A stretch of DNA of 64,000 bases, taken from contig JBIJDH010000017.1 of assembly GCA_044344255.1 (NCBI GenBank), positions 119,728-183,727 of the forward strand. Direction: 5' to 3'. This document shows, one piece after another, positions 20,678 through 31,077 of this stretch. The stretch comes from Myxococcota bacterium. GTDB taxonomy: Bacteria > Myxococcota_A > UBA796 > UBA2385. Position 1 is the first letter of the stretch. The number at the start of each line of letters is the position of its first letter. The position numbers and the translations under genes are program-made. Under the pieces are notes generated by a model. The model made no database searches. It had not been told where the DNA came from and worked only from the letters and a program-made list of their open reading frames with translations.

Positions 20678-22672
20678 TCAAGGGGCGGGCGTGGCGCTGG
20701 GCTCGGCGGGCTTCACCCACACTCGGTGGAGCGTCTGCTCGGCGAGCTCGGCGTCAGAGGGGTTCTTCTTCAAGAGCGAGACGGCGCCGATGGCCACCTC
20801 GTCCTCCACGACCGCGCCCACCGCGCAAGGGCGAGGGTCACCCCAGGGGGCGTAGATGGCCAGCCGGGCGTCTTCGTAGACGGGCGTTCCCAGCATGTCG
20901 CCGAGGGCCTTGCGGGAGCGCTTGAGGCGGATTCGGTCCATGTTGTCGCGGAGGGTGCCCTCCTCGACCTGCACGACGAAGGCGTCCTTCTGGAGCGCGA
21001 CGTATCGATAGCCGAGGGTCTGGACGGTCTCTCGATCTTCATCGGTGACGACGACGTCGGTGCCGGCCAGCTCGGAGATCTCGCGCATCCGGCGCACGAA
21101 GGTGTTCTTCTCCCGGAGCTCGAGGGCCTCGGGCGGGCTGAAGACGGCGTTGTCCTCGATCATCCCGCCCAAGATGGGGCGGTGGTGGATGGTCTGGTAG
21201 AAGAGGTGGGCCTGGGTCCAGGCGTAGGGCAGCTCGATCAGCGCGCCCTCCGGCCCGTCGGCGAGGCAACGATAGCCGGCCGGCACCTGAGAGATCCAGG
21301 TCGGGTACGGCAACAGAGAGGTGCGATGGAGCTGCGCGCCCAGCTCGACCGTCAGCAGCACCGTCGCGCCGAGGAAGAGCACCGAGGAGCGGGCGCGCAG
21401 CGCGGTCAGCGCCTGCGTGAGCGCCACCATCAAGAGGAGGTCGATGAACAGGTAGGCGCGGGAGGGCCACCAGAGGCGCTGTAAGAAGCCGACGGCCCGT
21501 ACGAGCTCCATGTAGAACAGGTTGGGGATCAGGCGTTGACCGACCACCACGAGCGGCCCGGTGGCCACCAGCGCCATCCCGAGCAGGGCGGGGAGCAGCA
21601 CCCGCCGCTGCACCGCCCCCGGCCGCAGCGCCCAGATCGAGAGCCCCACCAGCACGCCCCAGGTAGTGGGCCGGCCCATCGGTAGAAAACGCTCGACCCC
21701 CTCTGACAAGACCAGGTAGAAGCCAGACTCCCGCAAGAATGGCTGCCACACCGAGAGGCCGACGGTCGTGCCGTCGCCGGTGACCAGGGGGGAGCTCCAC
21801 AGGTCCCAGCCGCTGACGTCCAGCATCCCGGGCACGTCTGCGTCCACTTGGGTCTCGATCAGGAGCGGCAGCGCCGCCGGAGCGACCAGCAGCCCCGCCA
21901 CCGCGGCGATGAGGGCGTGCCGAGCGAAGACCTCGACGCGGGTGCCCGCCCCGTCGGAGGGGGAGGCGGTGCGGGCGAGGCCGAGCAGGAGGGCCGCAAA
22001 ACCACCGAAGAAGGCGTAATACCAATACTGGTACCCCGTAAGCGCGAGCAGCACCCCCGCCAGCACCGGATCTCTCCACCCCCCGCGCAGCCCGGCCCGC
22101 CAGGTCGAGCGGAGAAAGAGCACCGGGAGGACGACGATCGCCTGGGTGGGCCTGCCTTCGACGGCCTCGAAGAGGCAATACGGTGAAAACCCGAACAGGG
22201 CCGCAGCGACTCGCACCGCGACTCGGTCATCGCTCATCTCGCGGCCCAGACGCGCGAAGGCCCAGACATTGCCCGCCAGCCCGAGCAACACGAAGAGGTT
22301 GTAGCCCAGCACCTGGCCGAAGATCGCCCGCACGGGCACCGCCGCCCAAGCGTCCAGCATGTTGGCGCCGGTGTGGGCGTAGAGGTCCTTCCCCCAGGGG
22401 TAGAAGAATCGGTCGGTGTGAAGCGGGCTCTGCTCCCCCCGCAGCGTCAGCTCGGCGAACCAGTAGAACCACTGGGTCCCGTAGTGATCGACGTGCTCGA
22501 TCCCCAGGAACTCCCGGTTCAGGCCCCCTAACGCGCCGCCAAACACCAGCCCGCCCAGGACGAGGGCCACGAGGGCCCCAGGGGCCCACGGCGCGAGGCG
22601 GCGGAGCGCGTGTTGGAAGGCGAAAGATCGAGGCAAGGCGCGAGCTCCGAATTGCAGGGCGGCGAGGGACAC
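20678..22672 (-). CDS. Multi-pass membrane protein, probable GT-C-fold glycosyltransferase
   Basis: FFYPWG, GYN, FSPY, YY.FF, WWPSR motifs, many TM segments, periplasmic C-terminal ELP...YQTIHHRPILGG; start uncertain. Confidence 0.6.
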   Translation of the reverse strand: MSLAALQFGARALPRSFAFQHALRRLAPWAPGALVALVLGGLVFGGALGGLNREFLGIEHVDHYGTQWFYWFAELTLRGEQSPLHTDRFFYPWGKDLYAHTGANMLDAWAAVPVRAIFGQVLGYNLFVLLGLAGNVWAFARLGREMSDDRVAVRVAAALFGFSPYCLFEAVEGRPTQAIVVLPVLFLRSTWRAGLRGGWRDPVLAGVLLALTGYQYWYYAFFGGFAALLLGLARTASPSDGAGTRVEVFARHALIAAVAGLLVAPAALPLLIETQVDADVPGMLDVSGWDLWSSPLVTGDGTTVGLSVWQPFLRESGFYLVLSEGVERFLPMGRPTTWGVLVGLSIWALRPGAVQRRVLLPALLGMALVATGPLVVVGQRLIPNLFYMELVRAVGFLQRLWWPSRAYLFIDLLLMVALTQALTALRARSSVLFLGATVLLTVELGAQLHRTSLLPYPTWISQVPAGYRCLADGPEGALIELPYAWTQAHLFYQTIHHRPILGGMIEDNAVFSPPEALELREKNTFVRRMREISELAGTDVVVTDEDRETVQTLGYRYVALQKDAFVVQVEEGTLRDNMDRIRLKRSRKALGDMLGTPVYEDARLAIYAPWGDPRPCAVGAVVEDEVAIGAVSLLKKNPSDAELAEQTLHRVWVKPAEPSATPAP

Positions 22673-22870
22673 CCGGGCTCAACCGGGGGGCAAGTCCCGC
22701 CGCCAGATTCCCGCCGCCAGAACCCTGGTCCCGCACATACCCGAGCGGCTTGGGGGCTGCGGGTCCCAGGCTCCGATGCTAAATAGCCTATCCGGGCCTG
22801 ACTCACCCTCCGGACCATCCCCCCCCTCCACCATGCGCTCCCCTCCGGGAGCCATGGAACGCGGTGTCCA

Positions 22871-24571
22871 ATGCGCTCTCCCCGCCTCTCCCTGCTCATC
22901 CTCCTCGGCCTCTCTGCCTGCAGCGGCGGGGGCAAGTTCGACGACACCGGCTCCGTCGCCGGTGACAGCCCGAACGGCACCGACGGAACCGACGGAACCG
23001 ACGGAACCGACGGAACCGACGGAACCGACGGAACCGACGGCACGGATGGGACCGATGGGACCGACGGCACGGATGGGACCGACGGGACCGATGGGACCGA
23101 CGGCACGGATGGGACCGACGGCACCGATGGGACCGACGGCACCGACGGGACTGGCCCTGTGGATGACGACGGGGACGGCTACACCGCCCGCGAAGACTGC
23201 GACGACACCAACGCCAACATCCACCCCGGGGCCGAAGAGCACTGTGACGGCGTGGACGAGGACTGCGACGAGGAGATCGACAACGACCCCGTCGACGGCG
23301 GTGAGTTCGCCGCTGACAACGACGGCGACGGCTTCGGCGCGCTCGGCAGCACCGAGTACACCTGCGATGGTGTCACCAACGAGCTCGACTGCGACGACGC
23401 CGATCCCACCGAGCCCGTCGTGGTCGATGGCGTCTCCGGCAGCCCGTCGGGCGACGGGACCGGCTCGAGCCCGCTCGCGAGCATCCAGGATGGCATGGAC
23501 GCCTCCACCCTCTGCGTGCTCGTCTACGCCGACACCTACACCGAGACCATCAACTTCGGCGGCGAGAACCTCTCGATCATCGGCGTCGAGGGGCCGGAGA
23601 GCACGGTCATCGACGGGACGGGCTCCGGCCGGCCGGCGGTGACGGTCGCGGGGGGTGAGAGCGCGGCTTCGCTCTCGGGCTTCACCATCACCCAAGGCGA
23701 AGGCAACCTCGAGACCACCAGCTCTACCTACGGCTGCGGCTCGGGCGACACCTGCACCGAGACTTACAACGCCTATTGCGGTGGTGGGGTCTACGTCTCG
23801 GCCTCCTCGGCCTCCTTGTCGAACCTCGTCATCTTCGACAACCAGCTCCCGCTCTCCAGCACCACCACCGCCGACACCACCACCACGGTGACCTACTCCT
23901 TCGGCGGGGGGATCTGCGCGCAGGGCGGCAACCTGAGCCTCGACCGCGTGGACGTCTACATCAACCAGGCCGAGCTCGGCGGCGGCCTCTACCTCGACGA
24001 GGGCTCGGTGGTGGACGCCTTCCACAACCGCTACCTCGCCAACACGGCGGGCTCCGGCGCTGGCGTCCACAACGACGGCGGCGCGCTCACGCTCAGCAAC
24101 TCGATCGTCTCCTTCAACAGCGCGAACACCGAGGGCGGGGGCGTGCTCCAGGCGGGCGGCACCACCGAGCTCTCGAACGTGGTGGTGTCGGGCAACAGCG
24201 GCACCTCGAGCGGCGTCGGCGTGACCGACACCGGTGCCTTCACGCTCATCAACTCGATCGTCTACAAGAACGACGACTACGGTCTCTCTGTCGAGTCCGG
24301 TTCCAGCGCCTCGGTGTCTTACAGCGACGTGTACGGCAACACGACAGCCAACTACACCGGCATCACCGACCCCACGAGCACCCTCGGCAACATCTCGAAG
24401 GACCCGAGCTTCACCACGTGGACCGACGACTCCGACATCAGCGACGATGACTACACGCTCGGCTCGAGCTCACCCTGCATCGACAAGGGCAGCTCCAGCA
24501 CCAGCTACGACGACACCGACGGCAGTCGCAACGACATGGGCGCCTACGGCGGGCCGGGCGGCGACTGGTAG
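22871..24571 (+). CDS. Lipoprotein with (GTD)19 repeat, MopE-type motif and right-handed beta-helix (pectin-lyase-like) domain
   Basis: Lipobox LSAC; PLASIQDG, GFTIT.G, GGG repeats, SPCIDKG...RNDMGAYGGP C-terminus. Confidence 0.82.
   Translation: MRSPRLSLLILLGLSACSGGGKFDDTGSVAGDSPNGTDGTDGTDGTDGTDGTDGTDGTDGTDGTDGTDGTDGTDGTDGTDGTDGTDGTDGTDGTGPVDDDGDGYTAREDCDDTNANIHPGAEEHCDGVDEDCDEEIDNDPVDGGEFAADNDGDGFGALGSTEYTCDGVTNELDCDDADPTEPVVVDGVSGSPSGDGTGSSPLASIQDGMDASTLCVLVYADTYTETINFGGENLSIIGVEGPESTVIDGTGSGRPAVTVAGGESAASLSGFTITQGEGNLETTSSTYGCGSGDTCTETYNAYCGGGVYVSASSASLSNLVIFDNQLPLSSTTTADTTTTVTYSFGGGICAQGGNLSLDRVDVYINQAELGGGLYLDEGSVVDAFHNRYLANTAGSGAGVHNDGGALTLSNSIVSFNSANTEGGGVLQAGGTTELSNVVVSGNSGTSSGVGVTDTGAFTLINSIVYKNDDYGLSVESGSSASVSYSDVYGNTTANYTGITDPTSTLGNISKDPSFTTWTDDSDISDDDYTLGSSSPCIDKGSSSTSYDDTDGSRNDMGAYGGPGGDW
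22976..23146 (+). repeat. 9-bp tandem repeat x19 encoding (Gly-Thr-Asp)19
   Basis: GGNACNGAY units; six identical GGAACCGAC copies at 22985-23038. Confidence 0.95.
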
Positions 24572-24724
24572 GTGTAGCCGGGCGGCTCCCCGCTCCACTC
24601 TTCCGAGCCGGGAGCCGCCGCGGCTGTGTTCAGCGTGGACGGTCGCGGCGTGTGTGTGTCGTCCCGCCGTGATGGACGCGCCCACCTCCCCGGGTGGACA
24701 CTGGCGTCATCACCCGGCTCGACC

Positions 24725-25821
<1,097 letters not shown>

Positions 25822-25880
25822 ATCCAAGCGGAGGCGGGAGCCCGCTTGCCGACACCGCGCCCCAGAGGTAGCCTCCGACC

Positions 25881-26306
25881 ATGATCCCCACATCACACCA
25901 CGGTCACTTCTCGGGCACCAACCGCCTCTGGTTCATGCCCGGAACGCCTGCCCACGTCTCTGCCGGCACCCTCACCGTCACGGCGGACCGCGTGTCCGTG
26001 CGCTGGGCGCACGAGGGCAAGCCGAAGGAGGGTGAGCTCGTGCTCAGCGGGCCGCGGCCGGCCTGCCGCGGCAATTTCACCGACACCTTCCACGCCGAGA
26101 GCGGGCTCGTGCTGCACGGCTACGCGCAGGGCAGCGGCGTCTTCCTGTTCTGCACGTACCCGGCTGGGGACGGTTCACCGGACTGGGGCTGGCGCATCGT
26201 GCTCGACTGGTACGCCCCCGATCAGCTCAGCTTCCGCATGTTCAACGTGCTGCCCGACGGCGAGGAGGCCCTCGCGGTCGACCTCTGCGGGTCACGCGAG
26301 GGCTGA
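25881..26306 (+). CDS. Hypothetical beta-rich protein (DUF1579-like)
   Basis: NRLW, YP..DG.PDWGWRI, MFNV.PDGEE motifs; RBS GAGG upstream. Confidence 0.6.
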   Translation: MIPTSHHGHFSGTNRLWFMPGTPAHVSAGTLTVTADRVSVRWAHEGKPKEGELVLSGPRPACRGNFTDTFHAESGLVLHGYAQGSGVFLFCTYPAGDGSPDWGWRIVLDWYAPDQLSFRMFNVLPDGEEALAVDLCGSREG

Positions 26307-26361
26307 GGTCGCGGGAGGGGCGGCGCCCGACGGGCGGCGCCTCGCTCGATAGGGTGCGGGG

Positions 26362-27573
26362 ATGACACACTCCGCACCCCCCGCCCCCTCGGTCGACACC
26401 GAGCGCCCGATCTACCTCGACCACAACGCCACGACGCCCCTCCTCCCCGAGGTGGTCGAGGCGATGTTGCCGTACCTGTGGGAGCACTTCGGCAACCCCT
26501 CGAGCGGCCACGCCTACGGGCGCCGGGCCAAGGCGGCGGTGGACCAGGCCCGGGAGCAGGTGGCGGCGCTGATCGGGGCCTCCGCCGACGAGGTGCTCTT
26601 CACCAGCGGGGGCACCGAGGCCAACAACCTCGCCATCCGGGGCGCCGCCGCCGCGCGGCCCCACCGGCGCGGCCTGTTGACCTCGAACGTGGAGCACCCC
26701 GCCACCTCCCGCCCCCTCGCCGCGCTCGTGGCGGACGGGTGGGCGCTGCACACCGTCCCCGTGGACGGTGAGGGCCGGCTGCGCGCAGACCTCGCGCTGG
26801 CCTGCATCGAGGAGGAGGGCTGGCGGCTCTCCCTCGTCTCGGTCATGCACGCCAACAACGAGACCGGCGCCCTCCAGCCCATCGGCGCCCTCGCGGGTGC
26901 CTGTCAGGAGCGGGGCGCGCTGCTCCACACCGACGCCGCCCAGAGCGCGGGGAAGGTCGAGCTCGACGTAGATGCGCTCGGTGTCGATCTGCTCACCCTC
27001 GCCGGTCACAAGCTCTACGCCCCCAAGGGCGTGGGCGCGCTCTATGTCCGCCGCGGCACCCCCCTCCTTCCGTTCACGCTCGGGGCTGGCCACGAGCGCG
27101 GCCTCCGCCCGGGCACCGAGAACGTCGCCTCGATCGTCGGGCTCGGCGCCGCTGCGGCTGCCGTGAAGGCTGACCTCTCGGCCCAGCGCGCGCGGACCGC
27201 GGCCCTGCGCGACACCCTCGAGGCGGCGCTCCGGGCCCGCGTCCCCGGGCTCACCCTCAACGGCCCGCGCGAGGCCCGCCTCCCGAACACGCTCAACGTC
27301 CGCTTCCCCGGCACCTCGGGGGAGGCCCTCCTGGCCCGCTGCCCGGAGGTGGCGGCGAGCACCGGCTCGGCCTGCCACGCCGGCGGTGAGCGCGCATCCG
27401 CCGTGATCCTGGCGATGGGCGTGCCCGAGGCGGAGGCGCTCGGCTCGGTGCGCCTCAGCCTCGGCCGCGGCACCACAGCAGCGGAGGTGGAGGCGGCGGC
27501 GGTCATCCTCGCCCAGGCCTGGGCTCAGTCGGCGGCGAGCTCGATCAGCAGCTCATCCCAGCGGGTCTCCTGA
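26362..27573 (+). CDS. Cysteine desulfurase (IscS/NifS family)
   Basis: IYLDHNATTP, FGNPSS, FTSGGTEANN, HANNETG, AGHKLYAPKG, STGSACH. Confidence 0.93.
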   Translation: MTHSAPPAPSVDTERPIYLDHNATTPLLPEVVEAMLPYLWEHFGNPSSGHAYGRRAKAAVDQAREQVAALIGASADEVLFTSGGTEANNLAIRGAAAARPHRRGLLTSNVEHPATSRPLAALVADGWALHTVPVDGEGRLRADLALACIEEEGWRLSLVSVMHANNETGALQPIGALAGACQERGALLHTDAAQSAGKVELDVDALGVDLLTLAGHKLYAPKGVGALYVRRGTPLLPFTLGAGHERGLRPGTENVASIVGLGAAAAAVKADLSAQRARTAALRDTLEAALRARVPGLTLNGPREARLPNTLNVRFPGTSGEALLARCPEVAASTGSACHAGGERASAVILAMGVPEAEALGSVRLSLGRGTTAAEVEAAAVILAQAWAQSAASSISSSSQRVS

Positions 27574-28838
27574 GCCCAGGTGGCGCCCGCGCCCTCGCTG
27601 TACATCGTGAGATAGCCGGGGTAGTCGAGGTCGGTGAAGACCGTGAGGCCGCTCGTCCAGTCATAGCGCCCGTTCCCGAAGGCCCCGGCGACGGCGATGT
27701 CCATCGCCTCAAGCAGCGGGCCCGACCGATCGGTGGGAGAGACCGCGCCGAGGTCTCCGAGATCGAGGTACCAGCGCGGATAGTCGGGGTCAGCGCCTCG
27801 GGCCACGGACAGCGCGGTCTCGACCTCGGCCCGCCCCTCCGGCCCCGATAGGCCAAGCTCGGCCAGGGCGTCGAGGCCGGCGGCGACGTCGTCCATGTAG
27901 CGGAGGTCTACCGCAGAGAAGGTGCGCTCGTTGCCCTCCTCAACCGAGAGGCTGGCCGCCCGGCTGGCGAGCTCGAGCAAGGGGAGCTCGGGCTCGGCGC
28001 GCAGCGCCTGGAGGAGGGGAGTGTAGAGCACGCCCTCGCCGCCCACCCAGGCCTCGCTGGCCAGCATCACCTCGGCCTGGTCGCGCAGCGAATGGGCAAC
28101 CTCGAAGCTGGCCATGTAGCAGGCATCAAAGCCGATGAGGTCAATCGGGCCCTCTGCAGCGACGAAGCTGGCGAGGCCCTGCTGGAGCTCACCCTCCGCG
28201 ATCGAGATCCAATTCCCGCTCGTGTCGTCGGACGAGATCGAGGGCGGCGGCGGGGCGACGGTCCAGGAGTCGCCGTGGTTCCAGAGGAAGAGCGCGTAGT
28301 GGTCAGCCGGGGCGGTCTCCCTCCCCCAGGCGAGGAAGGCAGCCAGCTCGGCGGGATCTCCCATGTCGATCTCGCCCATCTCGGTGAGGACAGGCGAGCG
28401 GACAACGTCGAGGTCGTCATCACCGATCATCTCGTATCGGCGAGCGCCCGTCCAATCCCCGTCTCCGTCCACGTAGCCGTCGATGCGGTCTGCCTGCACC
28501 AACACGCGCACCCCTTCGCCCTCTCCGCCGGCCTCGAGCTCATTCAAGTCATGGATGACATAGGACTCGAGGTTGTTGTCTCCGTTCATGTAGACCAGCA
28601 CCGTCCAACGGACGGGCTCGACCTCCGGGGTCTCACCCGTGTCCTCACCGCCGTCTGCGCCGCCGTCACCGCCGTCACCGCCGTCAGCCCCTCCCGCGCC
28701 GCCCAGCCCGAGGACGTCGGTGGACGAGGGGTTGGCGCGCGGCTCGGCCGGGCGACAGGCGCCGAGCAGGGACAGGCCAAGCAGAGAGAGGCCGAGGGGC
28801 ATCCACCAGGGGCGGGCGAGGGCGGCGGTGTTCGACAT
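27525..28838 (-). CDS. Clostripain-related cysteine peptidase (C11), lipoprotein
   Basis: Lipobox LGAC; WTVLVYMNGDNNL, LWNHG (His), GFDACYM (Cys). Confidence 0.9.
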   Translation of the reverse strand: MSNTAALARPWWMPLGLSLLGLSLLGACRPAEPRANPSSTDVLGLGGAGGADGGDGGDGGADGGEDTGETPEVEPVRWTVLVYMNGDNNLESYVIHDLNELEAGGEGEGVRVLVQADRIDGYVDGDGDWTGARRYEMIGDDDLDVVRSPVLTEMGEIDMGDPAELAAFLAWGRETAPADHYALFLWNHGDSWTVAPPPPSISSDDTSGNWISIAEGELQQGLASFVAAEGPIDLIGFDACYMASFEVAHSLRDQAEVMLASEAWVGGEGVLYTPLLQALRAEPELPLLELASRAASLSVEEGNERTFSAVDLRYMDDVAAGLDALAELGLSGPEGRAEVETALSVARGADPDYPRWYLDLGDLGAVSPTDRSGPLLEAMDIAVAGAFGNGRYDWTSGLTVFTDLDYPGYLTMYSEGAGATWAQETRWDELLIELAAD

Positions 28839-28907
28839 CCCGCCAAGATAGCTCAGGATGTGCCGAGCTGACCAGCCGCTCGCGCGCGGGCAGGCCGGGG
28901 CTCGCGC

Positions 28908-30965
28908 TCAGGGGGCGGGGCGGTCGGTCCGCTCGATGGTCACCCGCACGATCCGGTCGCCGGGCTGCATCTGCTGGAAGACCTGCATCCCAGAGCTCAC
29001 GCGGCCGAAGATCGTGTATCCACCGTCCAGATGGGGCTGCGGAGAGAGGGTCACGAACCACTGGCTGCCGCCGGTGTCCGGCCCGGAGAGCGCCATCCCG
29101 AGCGTGCCCTCGCGGTAATGCAGCGGGTTGATCTCGTCGGGGATCGTCCAGCCGGGGCCGCCGGTGCCGTCCCCGCGGGGATCTCCGTCCTGGACGACGA
29201 AGTCGGGCACCACCCGGTGCACCTTGAGGCCGTCGTAGTACCCGTCCTCGGCGAGGGAGACGAAGTTCCAGACGGTGACCGGCGCCTCCTCGGGGTAGAG
29301 CTCCACGATCGCCTCGCCACGCGTGGTGAGGATGCGGGCCGACCGCACCCGCGACAGCTCGTCGAGGGGGGCGGTGATGAAGCGGTGCCAGGACGGAGAG
29401 GGGCCGGCCCCGAGCGCCCGGGAGAGGAGCCCTCCCGCCTCCTGGACGGTGGGGTCGGCGTGCTGAAGGAGGCGCTTGGCGACCGCGAAGGCGCGGGGGG
29501 CCGGCTTGCGGACCACCGGCTGGGGGCCGGTGTAGAGCGCGGCGAGGGCGCCCGCCGCGGCCTTGAGCAGATCGGGCTCTTCGCCCCGCTCGAGCGTGCC
29601 CACGAGGCCGGCCTCCGTGAAGGGATCGGGGTGCTCCTTCATCCAGTCGGCGGCCACCGCGGCCACCATCGGGTCAAAGGCGGCGAGCAAGGGGACGACC
29701 CGCCGCGAGGGGAGCTCGAGCTCGGTGAGGCGGGTGGCGGCCGCGACCCGGACCCTCCCCTCCCCGTCCTTGGTGGCGAGCGTCATCAGGCGCTCGGGGT
29801 CTCGCAGGTGCTCGGTGGCGGCCTCCCGGATCCGATCGGGCCGCGCGAGATCGAGCCAGGGCTCGGGATCGGCGATCAGGCGGGCGGCGCCGAGCGCGGA
29901 GAGGGCCTCGGCCGCCTCGACGAGCCGGGTGTCGCCGCGGGTGGCCTGGGCCTCTGCGGCCTCCATGGTGCAGCCCCGCTCGACGATCGGCAGCAAGAGC
30001 GCGCTCCGGTCGAGCTGCTCGATGGCGCCCACCGCCGCGATGGCCTCCCGGCGGACGCCTGGATCGGGGTCTGAGAGGAGGGCCGAGACCCCAGCCCAGC
30101 GCGCGAGCCCGGCCGCCCGCGCCGTCGCCACCCGAACGCCGCTGTCGGTGTCCTTGGCGGTGCGCTCGTAGAGTGCCCGCTGTTGATCGGCGACCCCGCT
30201 GAGCCCCGCCGTGGCGCGCACCAGGAAGGCGCGCGTGACCGGATCGGCGTCTTGGGCGGCGGCGGCGAACAGCCGGTCGCGCAGGCCGGGGGACAGCGTC
30301 TTTGGCCGGATTCGGCCGAGGGCAAAGCCCACCGCCCGGCGGGCGTCCCGATCCAGGCGGTCGAGCTGGTCCATCAGCGCGACCAGCACAGGCTCTCCAC
30401 CGACCCCCTGAACCTCTCTCAAGGCGAGGCGGCCGATCGCCACGCCCGCCGCCTCGGAGACCAAGGGCCGTTGAAGGAAGGGTGGGTCTTCTCCCAGGGC
30501 GGCGATGAGCGCGGGGAGAGCGGCCTCCGTGCCCTGCTTGCCGAGGCCCTCGACGAGGCGGGCGCGCACCCCGATGTCCGCCTCCCGCCGCAGCCGCTCG
30601 TGCAGGACGACCTCGGCGCCGGGGGTCTGACCGAGGGCGAAGGCCGCCTCCAGGCGCACGCCGACGTCGGCGTCGGTGATGAGCGCCCGCAGCTCGGCCA
30701 GGGCGGCCTCGGTGCGGAGGCGACCGAGGGCGCGGGCGGCGCGAGCTCGGGTGGGGGCGTCGACGCTGTGCGCGTAGGAGGTGAAGGCCGCGACCGGCAT
30801 CCGCTGCGCCTCCATGAGCAGGAGCGCCGCCGAGTCATCGGCCGAGAGCGCCCAGGCGGCCGCGCTGAGGAGGACGAGGAGCACGGCGCACCCGAGGGAG
30901 GAGAGGGAGGGGGCGAGCGGAGGCGGGACGCCCGAAAGTATCCCCTCCCCGCGCGCGACGCCCAT
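28908..30965 (-). CDS. HEAT-repeat protein with C-terminal cyclophilin-type peptidyl-prolyl isomerase
   Basis: VR.EAAFALGQ repeats; APVTVWNF, HRVVPDFVVQDGDP, GMALSGPDTGGSQWF, HLDGGYTIFGRV; start uncertain (30884-30965). Confidence 0.9.
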   Translation of the reverse strand: MGVARGEGILSGVPPPLAPSLSSLGCAVLLVLLSAAAWALSADDSAALLLMEAQRMPVAAFTSYAHSVDAPTRARAARALGRLRTEAALAELRALITDADVGVRLEAAFALGQTPGAEVVLHERLRREADIGVRARLVEGLGKQGTEAALPALIAALGEDPPFLQRPLVSEAAGVAIGRLALREVQGVGGEPVLVALMDQLDRLDRDARRAVGFALGRIRPKTLSPGLRDRLFAAAAQDADPVTRAFLVRATAGLSGVADQQRALYERTAKDTDSGVRVATARAAGLARWAGVSALLSDPDPGVRREAIAAVGAIEQLDRSALLLPIVERGCTMEAAEAQATRGDTRLVEAAEALSALGAARLIADPEPWLDLARPDRIREAATEHLRDPERLMTLATKDGEGRVRVAAATRLTELELPSRRVVPLLAAFDPMVAAVAADWMKEHPDPFTEAGLVGTLERGEEPDLLKAAAGALAALYTGPQPVVRKPAPRAFAVAKRLLQHADPTVQEAGGLLSRALGAGPSPSWHRFITAPLDELSRVRSARILTTRGEAIVELYPEEAPVTVWNFVSLAEDGYYDGLKVHRVVPDFVVQDGDPRGDGTGGPGWTIPDEINPLHYREGTLGMALSGPDTGGSQWFVTLSPQPHLDGGYTIFGRVSSGMQVFQQMQPGDRIVRVTIERTDRPAP

Positions 30966-31020
30966 CGGCGGGGGCCGGTGAGGCGGCGGGTTAGACAGCG
31001 GCCCTCGCAGGCGCCCTCCC

Positions 31021-31059
31021 CTCCTCTCCCCCTCCTCTCCCCCTCCTCTCCCCCCCCCC
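31021..31059 (+). repeat. 11-bp pyrimidine tandem repeat x3 ending in a C10 run
   Basis: (CTCCTCTCCCC)x3 followed by further Cs, just upstream of the tilS ATG. Confidence 0.85.
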
Positions 31060-31077
31060 TCGCCCACCGAGCCACCG

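Noticed and set aside
22976..23146. Possible CRISPR array
   Set aside because: Contiguous 9-bp in-frame coding units, no spacers, no cas genes
27525..27573. 49-bp convergent overlap of desulfurase and clostripain (also 15310-15362)
   Set aside because: Short 3' overlaps are common in high-GC genomes with rare stop codons; no evidence of function
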